This document shows positions 29,239-39,510 of a DNA stretch of 64,000 bases, piece by piece. The translations under genes and the position numbers were made by a program. Below the pieces are notes generated by a model. It did no database searches. It was not told the DNA's origin and saw only the letters and a list, made by a program, of their open reading frames with translations. Position 1 is the stretch's first letter; each line of letters starts with the position of its first letter. Source of the stretch: an uncultured Candidatus Saccharibacteria bacterium (GTDB lineage Bacteria > Patescibacteriota > Dojkabacteria > B142 > OLB20); assembly GCA_964562165.1 (NCBI GenBank), contig CAZLRZ010000001.1, forward strand, positions 1,349 through 65,348. The letters are read 5' to 3'.

Positions 29239-29673
29239 TTATAACTTTATAATTTCTGGTTTTTGCGCATCTAAATCGTGTTGATCGGTTGCAAATACCC
29301 TTAAATTCTTGAGCATTTTTCTGCCCATTTTATTCTTTGGCAACATTCCCCATACTGCTTTTCTAATAACATAATCTGGTCTTGAAGCCAAAAGTTCTGT
29401 TATTGGTTTCGTGGTTAATCCACCTGGGAAGTCAGAATGCCATGAATAAGTTTTCTTTGATTCGGTAGTTTTGTTTAAATCGACTTTACCTGCGTTAATT
29501 ACACAAACTCTGTCTCCGATAAACAAATGATCAGCCTGTTCAACTTTATCTTTACCCATTAAAAGTGTTGCAATCTTAACGGTTAATTTGCCGAATCTAA
29601 CGCCTTTGGCATCAATTACAACCCATTTATTGACTAATTCTTTCTCTTTAATTGCTCTTGTAGTATTGTTCAT
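29239..29673 (-). CDS. rplM: 50S ribosomal protein uL13
   Basis: WVVIDA, GDRVCVINA, AVWGMLPKN. Confidence 0.97.
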   Translation of the reverse strand: MNNTTRAIKEKELVNKWVVIDAKGVRFGKLTVKIATLLMGKDKVEQADHLFIGDRVCVINAGKVDLNKTTESKKTYSWHSDFPGGLTTKPITELLASRPDYVIRKAVWGMLPKNKMGRKMLKNLRVFATDQHDLDAQKPEIIKL

Positions 29674-29678
29674 AATTT

Positions 29679-30212
29679 TTAAATTCCTGATCTAGTTTTA
29701 ATTTTTGCAGCAGAAACATTCCCTGCAACTTGAGCGTGACCTTTTTGGTCTTTTGAAATGTTGAAATCTTTTTTGCTAGCTGACTTTTCTTCAACTTCTT
29801 TATCAGCCTTCTTCTTTGAAGCTTGAACCTTTTTACCAATTTCTTTGTATTCGTAACCTTTTACCATCAATTTGACGACATCAGATGAGTCACCTTTTCT
29901 TTGGCCAAGTTTATATACTTTTACTAATCCACTAACTTCTTTTTCGAATCTTTTTGCATAAACTTCGATAAGTTTGCTGACGGCATTATCATTAGCAACT
30001 TTTTGTTTTAAAAGTCTAGCTTTTGATAAGGCATTTTTATCGCTTTTTGCAATTTTGACTAATTTGTCAAATTCCCCAACTACCAATTTTGATTTTTGTT
30101 TTGTAGTTGTTAGGTGCTCGTAGATAATTAAATCGCTTAAAAGATTCTTTTGTAAAGAGTTTCTATGCGAAGCTTTAATACCTACCTTTGAAATCATTGT
30201 TTTACTATTCAT
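29679..30212 (-). CDS. rplQ: 50S ribosomal protein bL17 with a basic C-terminal extension
   Basis: SHR, TTTKQKSK, RKGD; follows rpoA. Confidence 0.92.
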   Translation of the reverse strand: MNSKTMISKVGIKASHRNSLQKNLLSDLIIYEHLTTTKQKSKLVVGEFDKLVKIAKSDKNALSKARLLKQKVANDNAVSKLIEVYAKRFEKEVSGLVKVYKLGQRKGDSSDVVKLMVKGYEYKEIGKKVQASKKKADKEVEEKSASKKDFNISKDQKGHAQVAGNVSAAKIKTRSGI

Positions 30213-30216
30213 TACC

Positions 30217-31161
30217 TTAATCCATTAAACTAAGATTATTTACAGACATTACCTCGATGAGTTCAGTCAAAGACTTTTTACCCATTCCTCTAAAATTTGC
30301 GACTTCATCCATTCTATATTTGGTTAAATCATTCAAATTAGTGATACCTGCATTTAACAAGGCATTACTTAATCTTGTAGAAAGATTTAATTCGCCAATT
30401 AAGATCTTCTTTTCTTCTTTCATATCACTTAAATCATCGACTTTAGTCATTTCTTTAAGCATATCCGAATCACCACCCAATAAATCAACCAATCTATTAG
30501 CTATAGAATCATAGATTTCAGCAGCTTTTAACATTGCATCAAATGGAGAAATTGTTCCATTTGTTGAAATGAAAAGATCGATTTGATCATAGTTTGTGTT
30601 TTTTCCGACTCTGGTTTTGCTTAATTCAACCTGAACTTGTTTTACAGGAGAAAAAATTGAATCTACAGGAATAGTTCCTAATTCTTCTCTAAGTTCTTCG
30701 TTTGGATATGCATAACCAACACCTGCTTCAATAGTAGCTTCAACTTTTAACTCAACATCAGCTGTTAGATGGCCTAAGACCAATTCAGAATTAATAATTT
30801 CGACACCATTTGGCAATTCAAAATCAGAAGCCTTAACTTCAACGACTTTATCTTTCTTGCCCTTTACAGTCAATTTAATGACCTTTTTTTCTTCACCTTC
30901 TAGTTTAATCGATAAATCTTTCAATTTAAGGATAAAAGTTAGAACATCTTCTTGTAAACCATTCATTGAAGCATATTCATGCTTTACTCCATCGATTTTA
31001 ACTCCGGTAATTGCTGCACCAGGAATGGAAGATAATAATAATCTTCTTAATGTGTTTGAAAGAGTGACTCCGTATCCTTTTGGTAAAGGTCCGATTTTGT
31101 AGTGAGCAAATTTCGAATCCTCTTTCTCTTTTGTGATTTTAAATAAGTCTAAGCCGATCAT
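30217..31161 (-). CDS. rpoA: RNA polymerase alpha subunit
   Basis: PLPKGYGVTLSNTLRRLLLSSIPG, DSIFSPV, alpha-CTD. Confidence 0.98.
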   Translation of the reverse strand: MIGLDLFKITKEKEDSKFAHYKIGPLPKGYGVTLSNTLRRLLLSSIPGAAITGVKIDGVKHEYASMNGLQEDVLTFILKLKDLSIKLEGEEKKVIKLTVKGKKDKVVEVKASDFELPNGVEIINSELVLGHLTADVELKVEATIEAGVGYAYPNEELREELGTIPVDSIFSPVKQVQVELSKTRVGKNTNYDQIDLFISTNGTISPFDAMLKAAEIYDSIANRLVDLLGGDSDMLKEMTKVDDLSDMKEEKKILIGELNLSTRLSNALLNAGITNLNDLTKYRMDEVANFRGMGKKSLTELIEVMSVNNLSLMD

Positions 31162-31185
31162 GATTGCTAATAAATGTAAAAAATA

Positions 31186-31779
31186 TTATTGTCTTGAATA
31201 AAGCTCAATTATCAACTGTTCTTTTATACCTTGATCCATCATTTCTCTAGTTGGTAGAGAAGCGACTTTGTTATTTTCTAACCAGGCAGGAACAATAACC
31301 TTTTTTGCTTTATTTTCGGTTTGAATTATTGAAACTATATTCCCCTTTGAAAACTTTGGAGAATATTCAATAACATCATTTACTTTACAGGAATATGATG
31401 GAATATCTAGTTTCTTACCATTAACCAAAATATGACCATGTGTTACAAACTGTCTTGCTTGGAAAATGCTATTTGCCATGCCCAATTTGTAAACAACATT
31501 GTCTAATCTTAATTCTAATAGTTGTAATAATCTCAAACCAGTATTACCGGTTGATTTAATTGCTAGTTCATAAGTTTTATGAAATTGTTTTTCTAACATT
31601 CCGAACATTCTTTTTACTTTTTGCTTCTCTCTAAACTGAACTGAATAGTTAGAAGGTCTACCTTTAGAAACTGGATGTTGTCCAGGTAAAGTTGGGCGTT
31701 TTCGCCATTTAGAATTACCAAAAAGATCATAATTTTCTCTTCTTGATTGTTTCCATTTTGAACCAGTATATCTTGCCAT
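31186..31779 (-). CDS. rpsD: 30S ribosomal protein uS4
   Basis: MARYTG, LELRLDNVVY, ARQFVTHGH, IELYSR. Confidence 0.98.
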   Translation of the reverse strand: MARYTGSKWKQSRRENYDLFGNSKWRKRPTLPGQHPVSKGRPSNYSVQFREKQKVKRMFGMLEKQFHKTYELAIKSTGNTGLRLLQLLELRLDNVVYKLGMANSIFQARQFVTHGHILVNGKKLDIPSYSCKVNDVIEYSPKFSKGNIVSIIQTENKAKKVIVPAWLENNKVASLPTREMMDQGIKEQLIIELYSRQ

Positions 31780-31796
31780 AGTTTCTTATAATAATG

Positions 31797-32219
31797 TTAT
31801 TGTCTAGGTAATTTCCTAGGTGATTCGCCACCATGTGGTACAGGTGTGAAATCTGATAATGAAATAATGTTTAAACCAGCTGATCTTAAACCCTTAACTG
31901 CTGCTTGTCTGCCCATACCCGCTCCTTTAATGATAACCATTGCTTCTTTAACTCCAAACTTTTGTGCTTTAGCAACTGCATCTTCTGCAGCTTTTGTTGC
32001 AGCATATGCTGTACTCTTTTTTGATCCGGAAAATCCAACTACACCCGAACTACTTTGGACCAAAACATTTCCATCATAATCGGCAACTGTAACAATAGTA
32101 TTGTTATAGCTAGAATGTACAAAGATTTTAACTTTTTGTACTTGTACTTTCTTTTTCTTTTTCTCAACAACTTTTTGTTGTTTTACTTTTGTTGTTTGTT
32201 TTTGTACTTTTGCAGCCAC
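31797..32219 (-). CDS. rpsK: 30S ribosomal protein uS11
   Basis: SYNNTIVT, GFSGSKKSTAYAA, TPVPH. Confidence 0.97.
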   Translation of the reverse strand: MAAKVQKQTTKVKQQKVVEKKKKKVQVQKVKIFVHSSYNNTIVTVADYDGNVLVQSSSGVVGFSGSKKSTAYAATKAAEDAVAKAQKFGVKEAMVIIKGAGMGRQAAVKGLRSAGLNIISLSDFTPVPHGGESPRKLPRQ

Positions 32220-32255
32220 TACTTTTAATTTAATAAAAAATATTTAATTTAAAGA

Positions 32256-32636
32256 CTATGTCTTTTCAAGTTTTCTCTTTAATCCACCTACAGCGATGTT
32301 CTTACCTTTTCTGGTTACAGCATTAGATCTTGTCCTTTGTCCGCGCACAGGTAAGCCTAATTTATGTCTGATACCTCTATAACATTTGATATCTTTAAGT
32401 CTTTTAATGTCTCGGAAATACTTTTGTTTTAAGTCTCCCTCAACAAGAATAGTTTTGATTTGATTAGCAAGTCTTTGAACTTCTGCTTCAGAAAGATCCT
32501 TGATACGTGTATCTGCAGAAACATTAGCAAGTTTCAACATTTTAGCAGCAGTATGTGGGCCAACGCCAAAAATATAAGTTAAGCCAATTTCGGCTCTTTT
32601 TTCATTTGGTAATTCAACTCCAGCAATTCTAGCCAT
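32256..32636 (-). CDS. rpsM: 30S ribosomal protein uS13
   Basis: [23 protein letters not shown]. Confidence 0.98.
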   Translation of the reverse strand: MARIAGVELPNEKRAEIGLTYIFGVGPHTAAKMLKLANVSADTRIKDLSEAEVQRLANQIKTILVEGDLKQKYFRDIKRLKDIKCYRGIRHKLGLPVRGQRTRSNAVTRKGKNIAVGGLKRKLEKT

Positions 32637-32660
32637 TATTTTTAAATAATTAATAATTAA

Positions 32661-32792
32661 TTAACCCTGTCTTTGTTTATGACGGGGATTACGTTTACAA
32701 TAAACATAAAGGACCTTTGTGCCAGCTTTGTTTCTTCTTCTAACGAAGTAACAATGTTCACATCTTTTTTTTACGCTTGCTTTTACTTTCAT
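32661..32792 (-). CDS. rpmJ: 50S ribosomal protein bL36 (43 aa; absent from the ORF track)
   Basis: Manual translation [43 protein letters not shown]; Cys/His zinc ligands intact. Confidence 0.97.
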   Translation of the reverse strand: MKVKASVKKRCEHCYFVRRRNKAGTKVLYVYCKRNPRHKQRQG

Positions 32793-32794
32793 AA

Positions 32795-33025
32795 TTAGTA
32801 TCGATAAATTATCCTACCTTTTGTAAGATCATAGGGTGAAATTTCAATGTCAACCTGATCTCCAACTAGTAATTTTATATAATGCATTCGCATTTTTCCT
32901 GAAATATAGGCAAAAATCATGTGATCTTTACCGGCAATATTTATATTAACTTTGAACTTAGTCCCAGGCAGAGTTTCTAATACTGTACCTTTAACTTTAA
33001 TAGTTTTTCTGGGATCTACAATCAT
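32795..33025 (-). CDS. infA: Translation initiation factor IF-1
   Basis: [23 protein letters not shown]. Confidence 0.98.
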   Translation of the reverse strand: MIVDPRKTIKVKGTVLETLPGTKFKVNINIAGKDHMIFAYISGKMRMHYIKLLVGDQVDIEISPYDLTKGRIIYRY

Positions 33026-33091
33026 AAACCCTTATGTAACAATAATAATAAAAGAGCAATACAACTACAACAGAAAAATTCTGATTGTGTC

Positions 33092-33120
33092 ATTATAACA
33101 AATGAATTACTTTGATTCAA
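33092..33120 (-). promoter_or_regulatory. Promoter for the infA-alpha block
   Basis: TTGAAT - 17 nt - TATAAT with TGn extension, between secY and infA. Confidence 0.7.
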
Positions 33121-33154
33121 TAGAATCTTAGTATATTCTTGTTACTTTGTATTC

Positions 33155-34645
33155 TTATTTAAACTGATCGTAACTTCTAGTTACAGCAACCGACTTAACC
33201 TGTCTTAAAGTGTCAATAACGACACCAACGACAATCAATAAACTAGTACCACCGATTCCACTAAATAAGGACAGATTTGCACCATTTGGTAATAATCTCA
33301 ATAAGGTTGGGACCAAACTTACCACCCCTAGGAACAAAGCTCCCCACAATGTTAATCTCAATAATATAGACAAAATGAATTTTTCAGTTTCTTTGCCAGG
33401 TCTAATGCCTGGAATAAAGCCTCCACTCTTTTTTAAATTATCGGCTGTTTCAGATGGCTTAAATGTTACCAAGGTGTAGAAATAAGTAAAAGCAACTATT
33501 AGTAATAAATACACAGCTTCGTAGGCAATAAAGTTTCCAGAATTGGTGCTAGAATAGCCCGATCCAAGAAACGAGTTAGTAATAAATGTTCCTGCCTTAT
33601 GAAGGAAGGAATCAGCACTAGCAATACTAGTTAAGATTTGAGCTAAGACTTGTGGGAATGTTAATAGAGCCGATGCAAAAATTACAGGCATAACTCCAGC
33701 CTGATTAATTTTTAAAGGCAAGAAGCTACTCTGGCCGGATTGTGTTGCTCGAACTCTGCTTGCATATTGAATAGTAATCTTCCTAACTGCTTCAGTAATA
33801 AAAGTAATCCCAAATATAAGTATGAACAAGGCCAAAATTGACAGATAGACTGTAATCATATTGGGGCTTGTTAATACACTAAAGTTCCCATTTTGGAATA
33901 ATAAGTTTAGATCATTTTGTACAAAGGAAAAATCTCTAACTATTAAACCCGGTATTGTGCTCAATATTCCAATAGTAATAATAATCGAAGACCCATTACC
34001 TATTCCATGTTCTGTAATTAATTCACCGATCCACATCAAAATCATTGAGCCAGCGGTAAGAGACGCAACCATACTTACTATATCTAATGTTGTGATTCCA
34101 TCTAATAATCCGGCTAATGAAGGCATAGTTTGCGCTACATTCTTCATTACTGTATAGATGACAATTGCCTGAATTAAGTTTAAAGGCACAGCGAGCATTC
34201 TTGTGTATGAGTTTATTACCTTTCGTCCACGTTCACCCTCTTTTTGAAGTTCTTCAAGTTTAGGGATAATAGTACCTAATATTTGTAAGATAATTGAAGC
34301 ATTAATATATGCACCTAAACCAATAGCTACTACAGAAGGATTGTCTAAACGACCACCGGTAACTATAGTAAAAATGTTATTCAAGGGATTATTTCCAAAA
34401 ACCTCATTGAATAATTTCATATCAATGCCAGGAAGTGGTACTGCAGCAAGTATTCTATAAACTAAGATCAAGCCTAAAGTGATGAAAATCTTTTTCTGTA
34501 CTTCTTTTGTTTTTAAAGCAGTGATAAAAGAATTTGGATTGAATTTAGTAGAAGGTAATTTAACCTTATTTTTTAAAGGTTGTACAGTATTTTTAATCCT
34601 GTTCTTAAAATTAGAAAGGGATGTATTAAGATTGATCTTTGACAT
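33155..34645 (-). CDS. secY: Preprotein translocase SecY with an N-terminal basic extension
   Basis: VPLPGID, GIGNGSS, LPLKINQAGVMPVIFAS, GGFIPGIRPG, GGTSLLIVVGV. Confidence 0.98.
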   Translation of the reverse strand: MSKINLNTSLSNFKNRIKNTVQPLKNKVKLPSTKFNPNSFITALKTKEVQKKIFITLGLILVYRILAAVPLPGIDMKLFNEVFGNNPLNNIFTIVTGGRLDNPSVVAIGLGAYINASIILQILGTIIPKLEELQKEGERGRKVINSYTRMLAVPLNLIQAIVIYTVMKNVAQTMPSLAGLLDGITTLDIVSMVASLTAGSMILMWIGELITEHGIGNGSSIIITIGILSTIPGLIVRDFSFVQNDLNLLFQNGNFSVLTSPNMITVYLSILALFILIFGITFITEAVRKITIQYASRVRATQSGQSSFLPLKINQAGVMPVIFASALLTFPQVLAQILTSIASADSFLHKAGTFITNSFLGSGYSSTNSGNFIAYEAVYLLLIVAFTYFYTLVTFKPSETADNLKKSGGFIPGIRPGKETEKFILSILLRLTLWGALFLGVVSLVPTLLRLLPNGANLSLFSGIGGTSLLIVVGVVIDTLRQVKSVAVTRSYDQFK

Positions 34646-34650
34646 TAAGT

Positions 34651-35094
34651 TTAGTTAATTTTAGAACCGCCTTTTTCAACAGCTATTTTAGCAGTTTTTG
34701 AAAATGGAATATCTTTAAACTGTAATTTCTTTAGTAAGTCACCTTTTGAAACGACTTTTACTTTGGTTGCACTATTTGATACGACTCTTTTTTCTTTAAG
34801 AGATTTCATATCTACGATTGAATCGTTGTCAAAAATGTTTAAAGAAGATAATGCTATTGTTTGATTTGTCTTTTCTGTTTTGAAATATCTTCTAGAAAAT
34901 CCTTTTAACTTAGGAATTCTTCTTGATAAAGGCATTGAACCTCCTTCAAAAGCTGGTCTTGGATTTGAATAACCCGATCTTGATTTATGACCTTTTGTTC
35001 CTCTTCCGGTGGTATGACTACCTTTACCTGTACCATAACCTCTTCCTATTCTTTTTCCGTCATGAAATTTTATTTTTGGTAATGTGTTTAACAT
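34651..35094 (-). CDS. rplO: 50S ribosomal protein uL15
   Basis: RIGRGYGTGKG, FEGGSMPL.RRIPK. Confidence 0.96.
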   Translation of the reverse strand: MLNTLPKIKFHDGKRIGRGYGTGKGSHTTGRGTKGHKSRSGYSNPRPAFEGGSMPLSRRIPKLKGFSRRYFKTEKTNQTIALSSLNIFDNDSIVDMKSLKEKRVVSNSATKVKVVSKGDLLKKLQFKDIPFSKTAKIAVEKGGSKIN

Positions 35095-35104
35095 AGCTAT
35101 TTCT

Positions 35105-35740
35105 TTAATTTATTTTCTTTAAATTTTGTAGGGCTTCAATACATGCATAGGCATTGTTTATAGCATTATTTGAACCAATTACTTTTGTTAAAATATCTTG
35201 AACACCAATTACTTCTAATACAGCTCTAAGAGATGATCCGGCAATAACTCCTGTACCAGGACTTGCAGGTTTTAACATTATTCTTGCAGCAGCCTTTTTG
35301 TAAAAGATTTGATGAGCAATTGTTTTACCTTTTAAATCAATCTGAACCATACTCTTTTTAGCTTTGTTGAAAGCTTTTGCTTCTGCGCTTACTACGTCAG
35401 CACCTTTTCCGATTGCAATACCAATTTTTCCTTTTCTATCACCAACTACTAAGCAAACGCTTAATCTCATTCTTTTACCACCACTGTATGTTCTTGATAC
35501 TCTTCTAATTGAAACGATCTTCTTTTCTAAATCACCATCTTGTCTATCTTTTTTATTGAAAGGTTTTCTTTCTCTTCCACCCTGTCTTTGTCCTTGGCCT
35601 TGTCTTTGTCCAGGTCTTTGACCTTGTCTTTGTTGACCAAATGGTTGTCTTTGTTGTCCTTGTGGTGCCTGTGCTGTTTCGTTAGAAACTTTAGCTTCGA
35701 CTTTGTTTTCTGTTTTGATTGTTTCTTTTACTTCAGACAT
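35105..35740 (-). CDS. rpsE: 30S ribosomal protein uS5 with a Gln-rich N-terminal extension
   Basis: RRVSR..GG, PASPGTGVIAG. Confidence 0.97.
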   Translation of the reverse strand: MSEVKETIKTENKVEAKVSNETAQAPQGQQRQPFGQQRQGQRPGQRQGQGQRQGGRERKPFNKKDRQDGDLEKKIVSIRRVSRTYSGGKRMRLSVCLVVGDRKGKIGIAIGKGADVVSAEAKAFNKAKKSMVQIDLKGKTIAHQIFYKKAAARIMLKPASPGTGVIAGSSLRAVLEVIGVQDILTKVIGSNNAINNAYACIEALQNLKKIN

Positions 35741-35762
35741 TTTTTATATAATAATTTTTTGA

Positions 35763-36104
35763 TTAAAATTCTAAACCGCCTTCTCTTGCACCATCTGCGA
35801 AAGCTTTGATTCTTCCGTGATATTTATAACCATTTCGGTCGAAGACGACTTTTTTAATTTTTGATTTAATTGCTAATGCAGCAATTGATTTTCCTACTTG
35901 TGTTGATTTCTCAACGTTTGTTCCTTTAGTCAAATCTTTATCACCTAAACTACAGATTGTAACACCTGCTTCATCATCAACCAATTGCCCATAAATATGA
36001 GCATTTGATCTGTAAACAGATAATCTTGGCATTTTAGCTGTTCCGCTAACTTTACCTCTTATTCTGTTTTTTCTTCTTTGTCTTTTAAATATTTTTGTTT
36101 CCAT
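35763..36104 (-). CDS. rplR: 50S ribosomal protein uL18
   Basis: PRLSVYRSN, FDRNGYKYHGRI, AREGGLEF. Confidence 0.98.
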   Translation of the reverse strand: METKIFKRQRRKNRIRGKVSGTAKMPRLSVYRSNAHIYGQLVDDEAGVTICSLGDKDLTKGTNVEKSTQVGKSIAALAIKSKIKKVVFDRNGYKYHGRIKAFADGAREGGLEF

Positions 36105-36117
36105 TTTATTTATTCAA

Positions 36118-36678
36118 TTATTTAGATGCTGCAGTTTTTCCTGCTTTTCTCTTAACTTCTTCGCCAAGATATCTTATACCTTTACCTTTGTAAGGTTCTG
36201 GTTTTCTTAATGCACGAATTTCTGAAGCTACTTGACCTACCATTTGTTTATCACATCCTGTAATGACAATATTAGTGTCATCTTTCATTTTAATTGTGAT
36301 ACCCTCTGGAGCTGTATAGTTTACTTTATGAGAAAACCCTAAAGCCAATTCAATTGCATTGCCTTTTTGTGCACCACGATAGCCAACTCCTTGAATTTCC
36401 AATTTCTTTTCGAATGGAGTAACAACTCCTTGAACCATATTTGCAATAAGACTTCTAAAAAGACCGTGATAAGCTTTTACTTGTTTATCATCGGATTCTC
36501 TTGTAACCTTCAAAACATTGTTTTCAATTTCAACCTTTACACCTGGTCTAGTATCTAATTTAAGTTCACCTTGTGGACCTGTTACTGTTATTGTTTGATT
36601 TTCATATAAACCACCATCAGCAACATTAATAGTTACTTTTTCTGGAATTGTTATAAGTTTTTTTCCGATCTTAGACAT
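36118..36678 (-). CDS. rplF: 50S ribosomal protein uL6 (start trimmed to MSKIGK)
   Basis: MSKIGK, GVGYR, RKPEPYKGKGIRY. Confidence 0.97.
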   Translation of the reverse strand: MSKIGKKLITIPEKVTINVADGGLYENQTITVTGPQGELKLDTRPGVKVEIENNVLKVTRESDDKQVKAYHGLFRSLIANMVQGVVTPFEKKLEIQGVGYRGAQKGNAIELALGFSHKVNYTAPEGITIKMKDDTNIVITGCDKQMVGQVASEIRALRKPEPYKGKGIRYLGEEVKRKAGKTAASK

Positions 36679-36682
36679 GTTA

Positions 36683-37063
36683 TTACCAAATATTACAAAG
36701 ATATTCACCACCAATTTTTTCTAATTTTGCCTTTTTACCGGTCAAAATTCCTTTGGAAGTGCTAAAAATATTAATACCTAAACCACTAATAACCTTAGGT
36801 ATGTCCTGATAACTTGTATAAACTCTAATTCCGGGCTTCGATACTCTTTCAATTGTTGTAATTGCAGATTTCTTATTAATATACTTTAAAGTTATTACGA
36901 TAGACTTTCCATCAACCTTAAATTCTTCAATATATGACTCATCTTTTAGGATCTTAGTCATTTCTAGAAGCATTTTTGTATTATTAACAATAACCTCTCT
37001 TTTGTTGGCAGAGATTGCATTTCGAATTTTTGTTAAATAATCTGATACTGAGTCGTTTGACAT
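36683..37063 (-). CDS. rpsH: 30S ribosomal protein uS8
   Basis: DYLTKIRNA, SKPGIRVY, STSKG, GGE. Confidence 0.97.
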   Translation of the reverse strand: MSNDSVSDYLTKIRNAISANKREVIVNNTKMLLEMTKILKDESYIEEFKVDGKSIVITLKYINKKSAITTIERVSKPGIRVYTSYQDIPKVISGLGINIFSTSKGILTGKKAKLEKIGGEYLCNIW

Positions 37064-37083
37064 TAAAATACTTTAATAATTAA

Positions 37084-37278
37084 TTACCAAGATGCCTTTG
37101 TTAAACCAGGGATATTACCTTCATGAGCTCTATCTCTTAAGCAAAGTCTGCACATCTTAAACATTCTATTGTATGCTCTAGATCTTCCACAAGTTAAACA
37201 TCTATTAAAAACTCTAGTTGAGTATTTACTTTTGATCTTTAATTTTTTTGCTTTTGCTTCTTGTGCTGTTGTTGACAT
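37084..37278 (-). CDS. rpsN: 30S ribosomal protein uS14 (zinc-binding form)
   Basis: RCLTCGR...CRLCLR...PGLTKASW. Confidence 0.97.
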   Translation of the reverse strand: MSTTAQEAKAKKLKIKSKYSTRVFNRCLTCGRSRAYNRMFKMCRLCLRDRAHEGNIPGLTKASW

Positions 37279-37296
37279 ATTCCTAATTTAATAAAT

Positions 37297-37851
37297 TTAG
37301 CGCTTCTTTTGGAAGGGCATTCCTAATTTAGTTAATAATAATTTGGCACCTTCATCATTACCTGCATTAGTACAAATAATGGCTTGTAATCCTCTAATCT
37401 TACTTACTTTTGTAGGATCAACCTCTGGAAAAACTGTATGTTCTTTTATTCCAATTGAGTAATTCCCACGACCATCAAATGCTTTTAAAGGTACACCTCT
37501 AAAATCTTTAATTCTAGGTAGTACGATTGAGATTAATCTATCTAAAAAGTACCACATCATATTACCACGTAATGTAACTTTAACGCCAATTGGCATATTT
37601 TCTCTAATTTTAAAGTTAGAGATAGCCTTTTTTGTATATGTGATAACTGGTTTTTGTCCAGCAATCATAGTCATATCTCTTAACATATCATCGATTATAT
37701 CTTTATCATTTTTTGCTTCACCTAATCCAGAGTTCAAAACAATTTTAGTTAACTTTGGAACAGCCATTACATTGGCTATTTTTAGTTCATCCTGTAACTC
37801 TTTTTTGATTTCGTTATATTTAGTTTTTAATCTTGCATTTGTCTTATCCAT
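37297..37851 (-). CDS. rplE: 50S ribosomal protein uL5
   Basis: GQKP, ISNFKIRE, PRIKDFRG, FDGRGNY. Confidence 0.98.
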   Translation of the reverse strand: MDKTNARLKTKYNEIKKELQDELKIANVMAVPKLTKIVLNSGLGEAKNDKDIIDDMLRDMTMIAGQKPVITYTKKAISNFKIRENMPIGVKVTLRGNMMWYFLDRLISIVLPRIKDFRGVPLKAFDGRGNYSIGIKEHTVFPEVDPTKVSKIRGLQAIICTNAGNDEGAKLLLTKLGMPFQKKR

Positions 37852-37853
37852 TT

Positions 37854-38156
37854 TTATTTTTTACTACTTTTTTTAAAGATACGAATTTTTTTACCATCTT
37901 CTACTTTAAAACCAACTCTTGATGGTTTTGAATTATCAGGATTGACAACCATAAGTTTTGATACATTGATTGGTCCTTCGACTTTTTTTAATCCACCTTT
38001 TTTAACATCTGACTTCTTTTTTTCAAACACAGTTACCATATTAATACCAGAAACAATAGCTTTATTATCTTCTCTAATAATAGATACTACTGTACCTTCT
38101 TTATCTCGGTCTTTTCCGCTTAATACTTTAACTTTATCGCCTTTTTTAATTTTCAT
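37854..38156 (-). CDS. rplX: 50S ribosomal protein uL24
   Basis: KKGDKVKVLSGKDRDKEG KOW motif. Confidence 0.97.
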   Translation of the reverse strand: MKIKKGDKVKVLSGKDRDKEGTVVSIIREDNKAIVSGINMVTVFEKKKSDVKKGGLKKVEGPINVSKLMVVNPDNSKPSRVGFKVEDGKKIRIFKKSSKK

Positions 38157-38157
38157 T

Positions 38158-38541
38158 TTATAAAACCTCTGGAGCTAAACTAATAATTTTCGTATATCCT
38201 AATTCCTTCAACTCTCTTGCTACTGGCCCAAAGATACGAGTACCTTTTGGATCTTTCTTTTCTTTATCAATTAACACTGCAGCATTATCATCGAAACGAA
38301 TATATGATCCGTCTTTTCGTCTTAATTCCTTGTGGGTTCTAACTATAACAGCGTAAACAACATCACCCTGTTTAATTGCTCCATTTGGAATAGCAACTTT
38401 AACTGAAGCTGAAACGATTTGACCGACACTTCCTGATTTTTGAAAGGTTCCACCCTTTCTTTGACCAAGAATCTGAATGACCATGATCTCTTTGGCTCCG
38501 GTATTATCTGCAATTTTTAATCTAGTTTGAGATTGTATCAT
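38158..38541 (-). CDS. rplN: 50S ribosomal protein uL14
   Basis: [25 protein letters not shown]. Confidence 0.98.
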   Translation of the reverse strand: MIQSQTRLKIADNTGAKEIMVIQILGQRKGGTFQKSGSVGQIVSASVKVAIPNGAIKQGDVVYAVIVRTHKELRRKDGSYIRFDDNAAVLIDKEKKDPKGTRIFGPVARELKELGYTKIISLAPEVL

Positions 38542-38542
38542 A

Positions 38543-38824
38543 TTAGCTTAATTTTTTCACAAAATAGAAAGACTTGTTTCTGCTTACTGGTCTACCTTCT
38601 TCAATGATTACAACGTCGTTTATAGCAACTGTTGAATCTTCACAATGAGCTAAATATTTCTTATGTTCTTTAATAATCTTTTTATATAAAGCATGTGTGT
38701 ATTTAGTTTCTACCAATACTTTTATCGTTTTATCTGAGCTTAATTTAATAACTTTACCCTGTAATCTTTTTGGTTTAGTTACTTTTTCGATTTTTTCTGT
38801 TTTAATTGATTTCGTTTTAGTCAT
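38543..38824 (-). CDS. rpsQ: 30S ribosomal protein uS17
   Basis: DKTIKV, KKYLAH, RPVSRNK; operon position. Confidence 0.95.
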   Translation of the reverse strand: MTKTKSIKTEKIEKVTKPKRLQGKVIKLSSDKTIKVLVETKYTHALYKKIIKEHKKYLAHCEDSTVAINDVVIIEEGRPVSRNKSFYFVKKLS

Positions 38825-38838
38825 TTCAATTTTTTAAA

Positions 38839-39087
38839 TTATTTAGTTTCTTCCTTAACTGGAGCTTCTTTAACTGCTTCAGTTGTAAGAACCTCATTAA
38901 TAGTATTATTTATATTTATTAAAGTAAGAATTCTAGCAATGTCTCTTTTCATTGTTTTCAACTTGCTTGAATCTTTCTCTTTACCACTTTTTAAATCTAA
39001 CTGATAGGCGAAAACTTTTTGTTTTTTACTTTCGTATTCAGCAATTAGTTCCTTATTTGTTTTTGCTTTTAATTTTTCGATCTTCAT
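38839..39087 (-). CDS. rpmC: 50S ribosomal protein uL29
   Basis: KRDIARILT; operon position. Confidence 0.93.
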   Translation of the reverse strand: MKIEKLKAKTNKELIAEYESKKQKVFAYQLDLKSGKEKDSSKLKTMKRDIARILTLININNTINEVLTTEAVKEAPVKEETK

Positions 39088-39500
39088 TATACTAGTTCTT
39101 TTGTAACAATTTTAGTAGAGAATGGTAATTTATTACATGCTTTTCTAAAAGCTTCTTGTGCAATATCAAATGTCACACCGCTCATTTCAAAAAGAATTCT
39201 ACCTGGTTTAATTACTGCAACATATCCTTGAACTTCTCCTTTACCTTTACCCATTCTAACTTCAGCTGGTTTGCCGGTATATGAATGGTCAGGGAATACC
39301 TTTAACCATAATTTACCTTTTCTTTTCATTTCTTTTACAATTACTCTTCTAGCAGATTCAATTTGTCTACCAGATAACCAAGCGCATTCTAATGTCTGTA
39401 GGCCAAATTCGCCAACGGACAAAGTATTGCCTCTTAAAGCAACACCTCTATTTTTGCCTCTAAATACTTTTCTATGTTTTACTCTTTTTGGTTCTAACAT
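39087..39500 (-). CDS. rplP: 50S ribosomal protein uL16
   Basis: QIESAR, FPD, KPAEVRMGKGKG. Confidence 0.98.
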   Translation of the reverse strand: MLEPKRVKHRKVFRGKNRGVALRGNTLSVGEFGLQTLECAWLSGRQIESARRVIVKEMKRKGKLWLKVFPDHSYTGKPAEVRMGKGKGEVQGYVAVIKPGRILFEMSGVTFDIAQEAFRKACNKLPFSTKIVTKELV

Positions 39501-39510
39501 TTTTAGTTAA

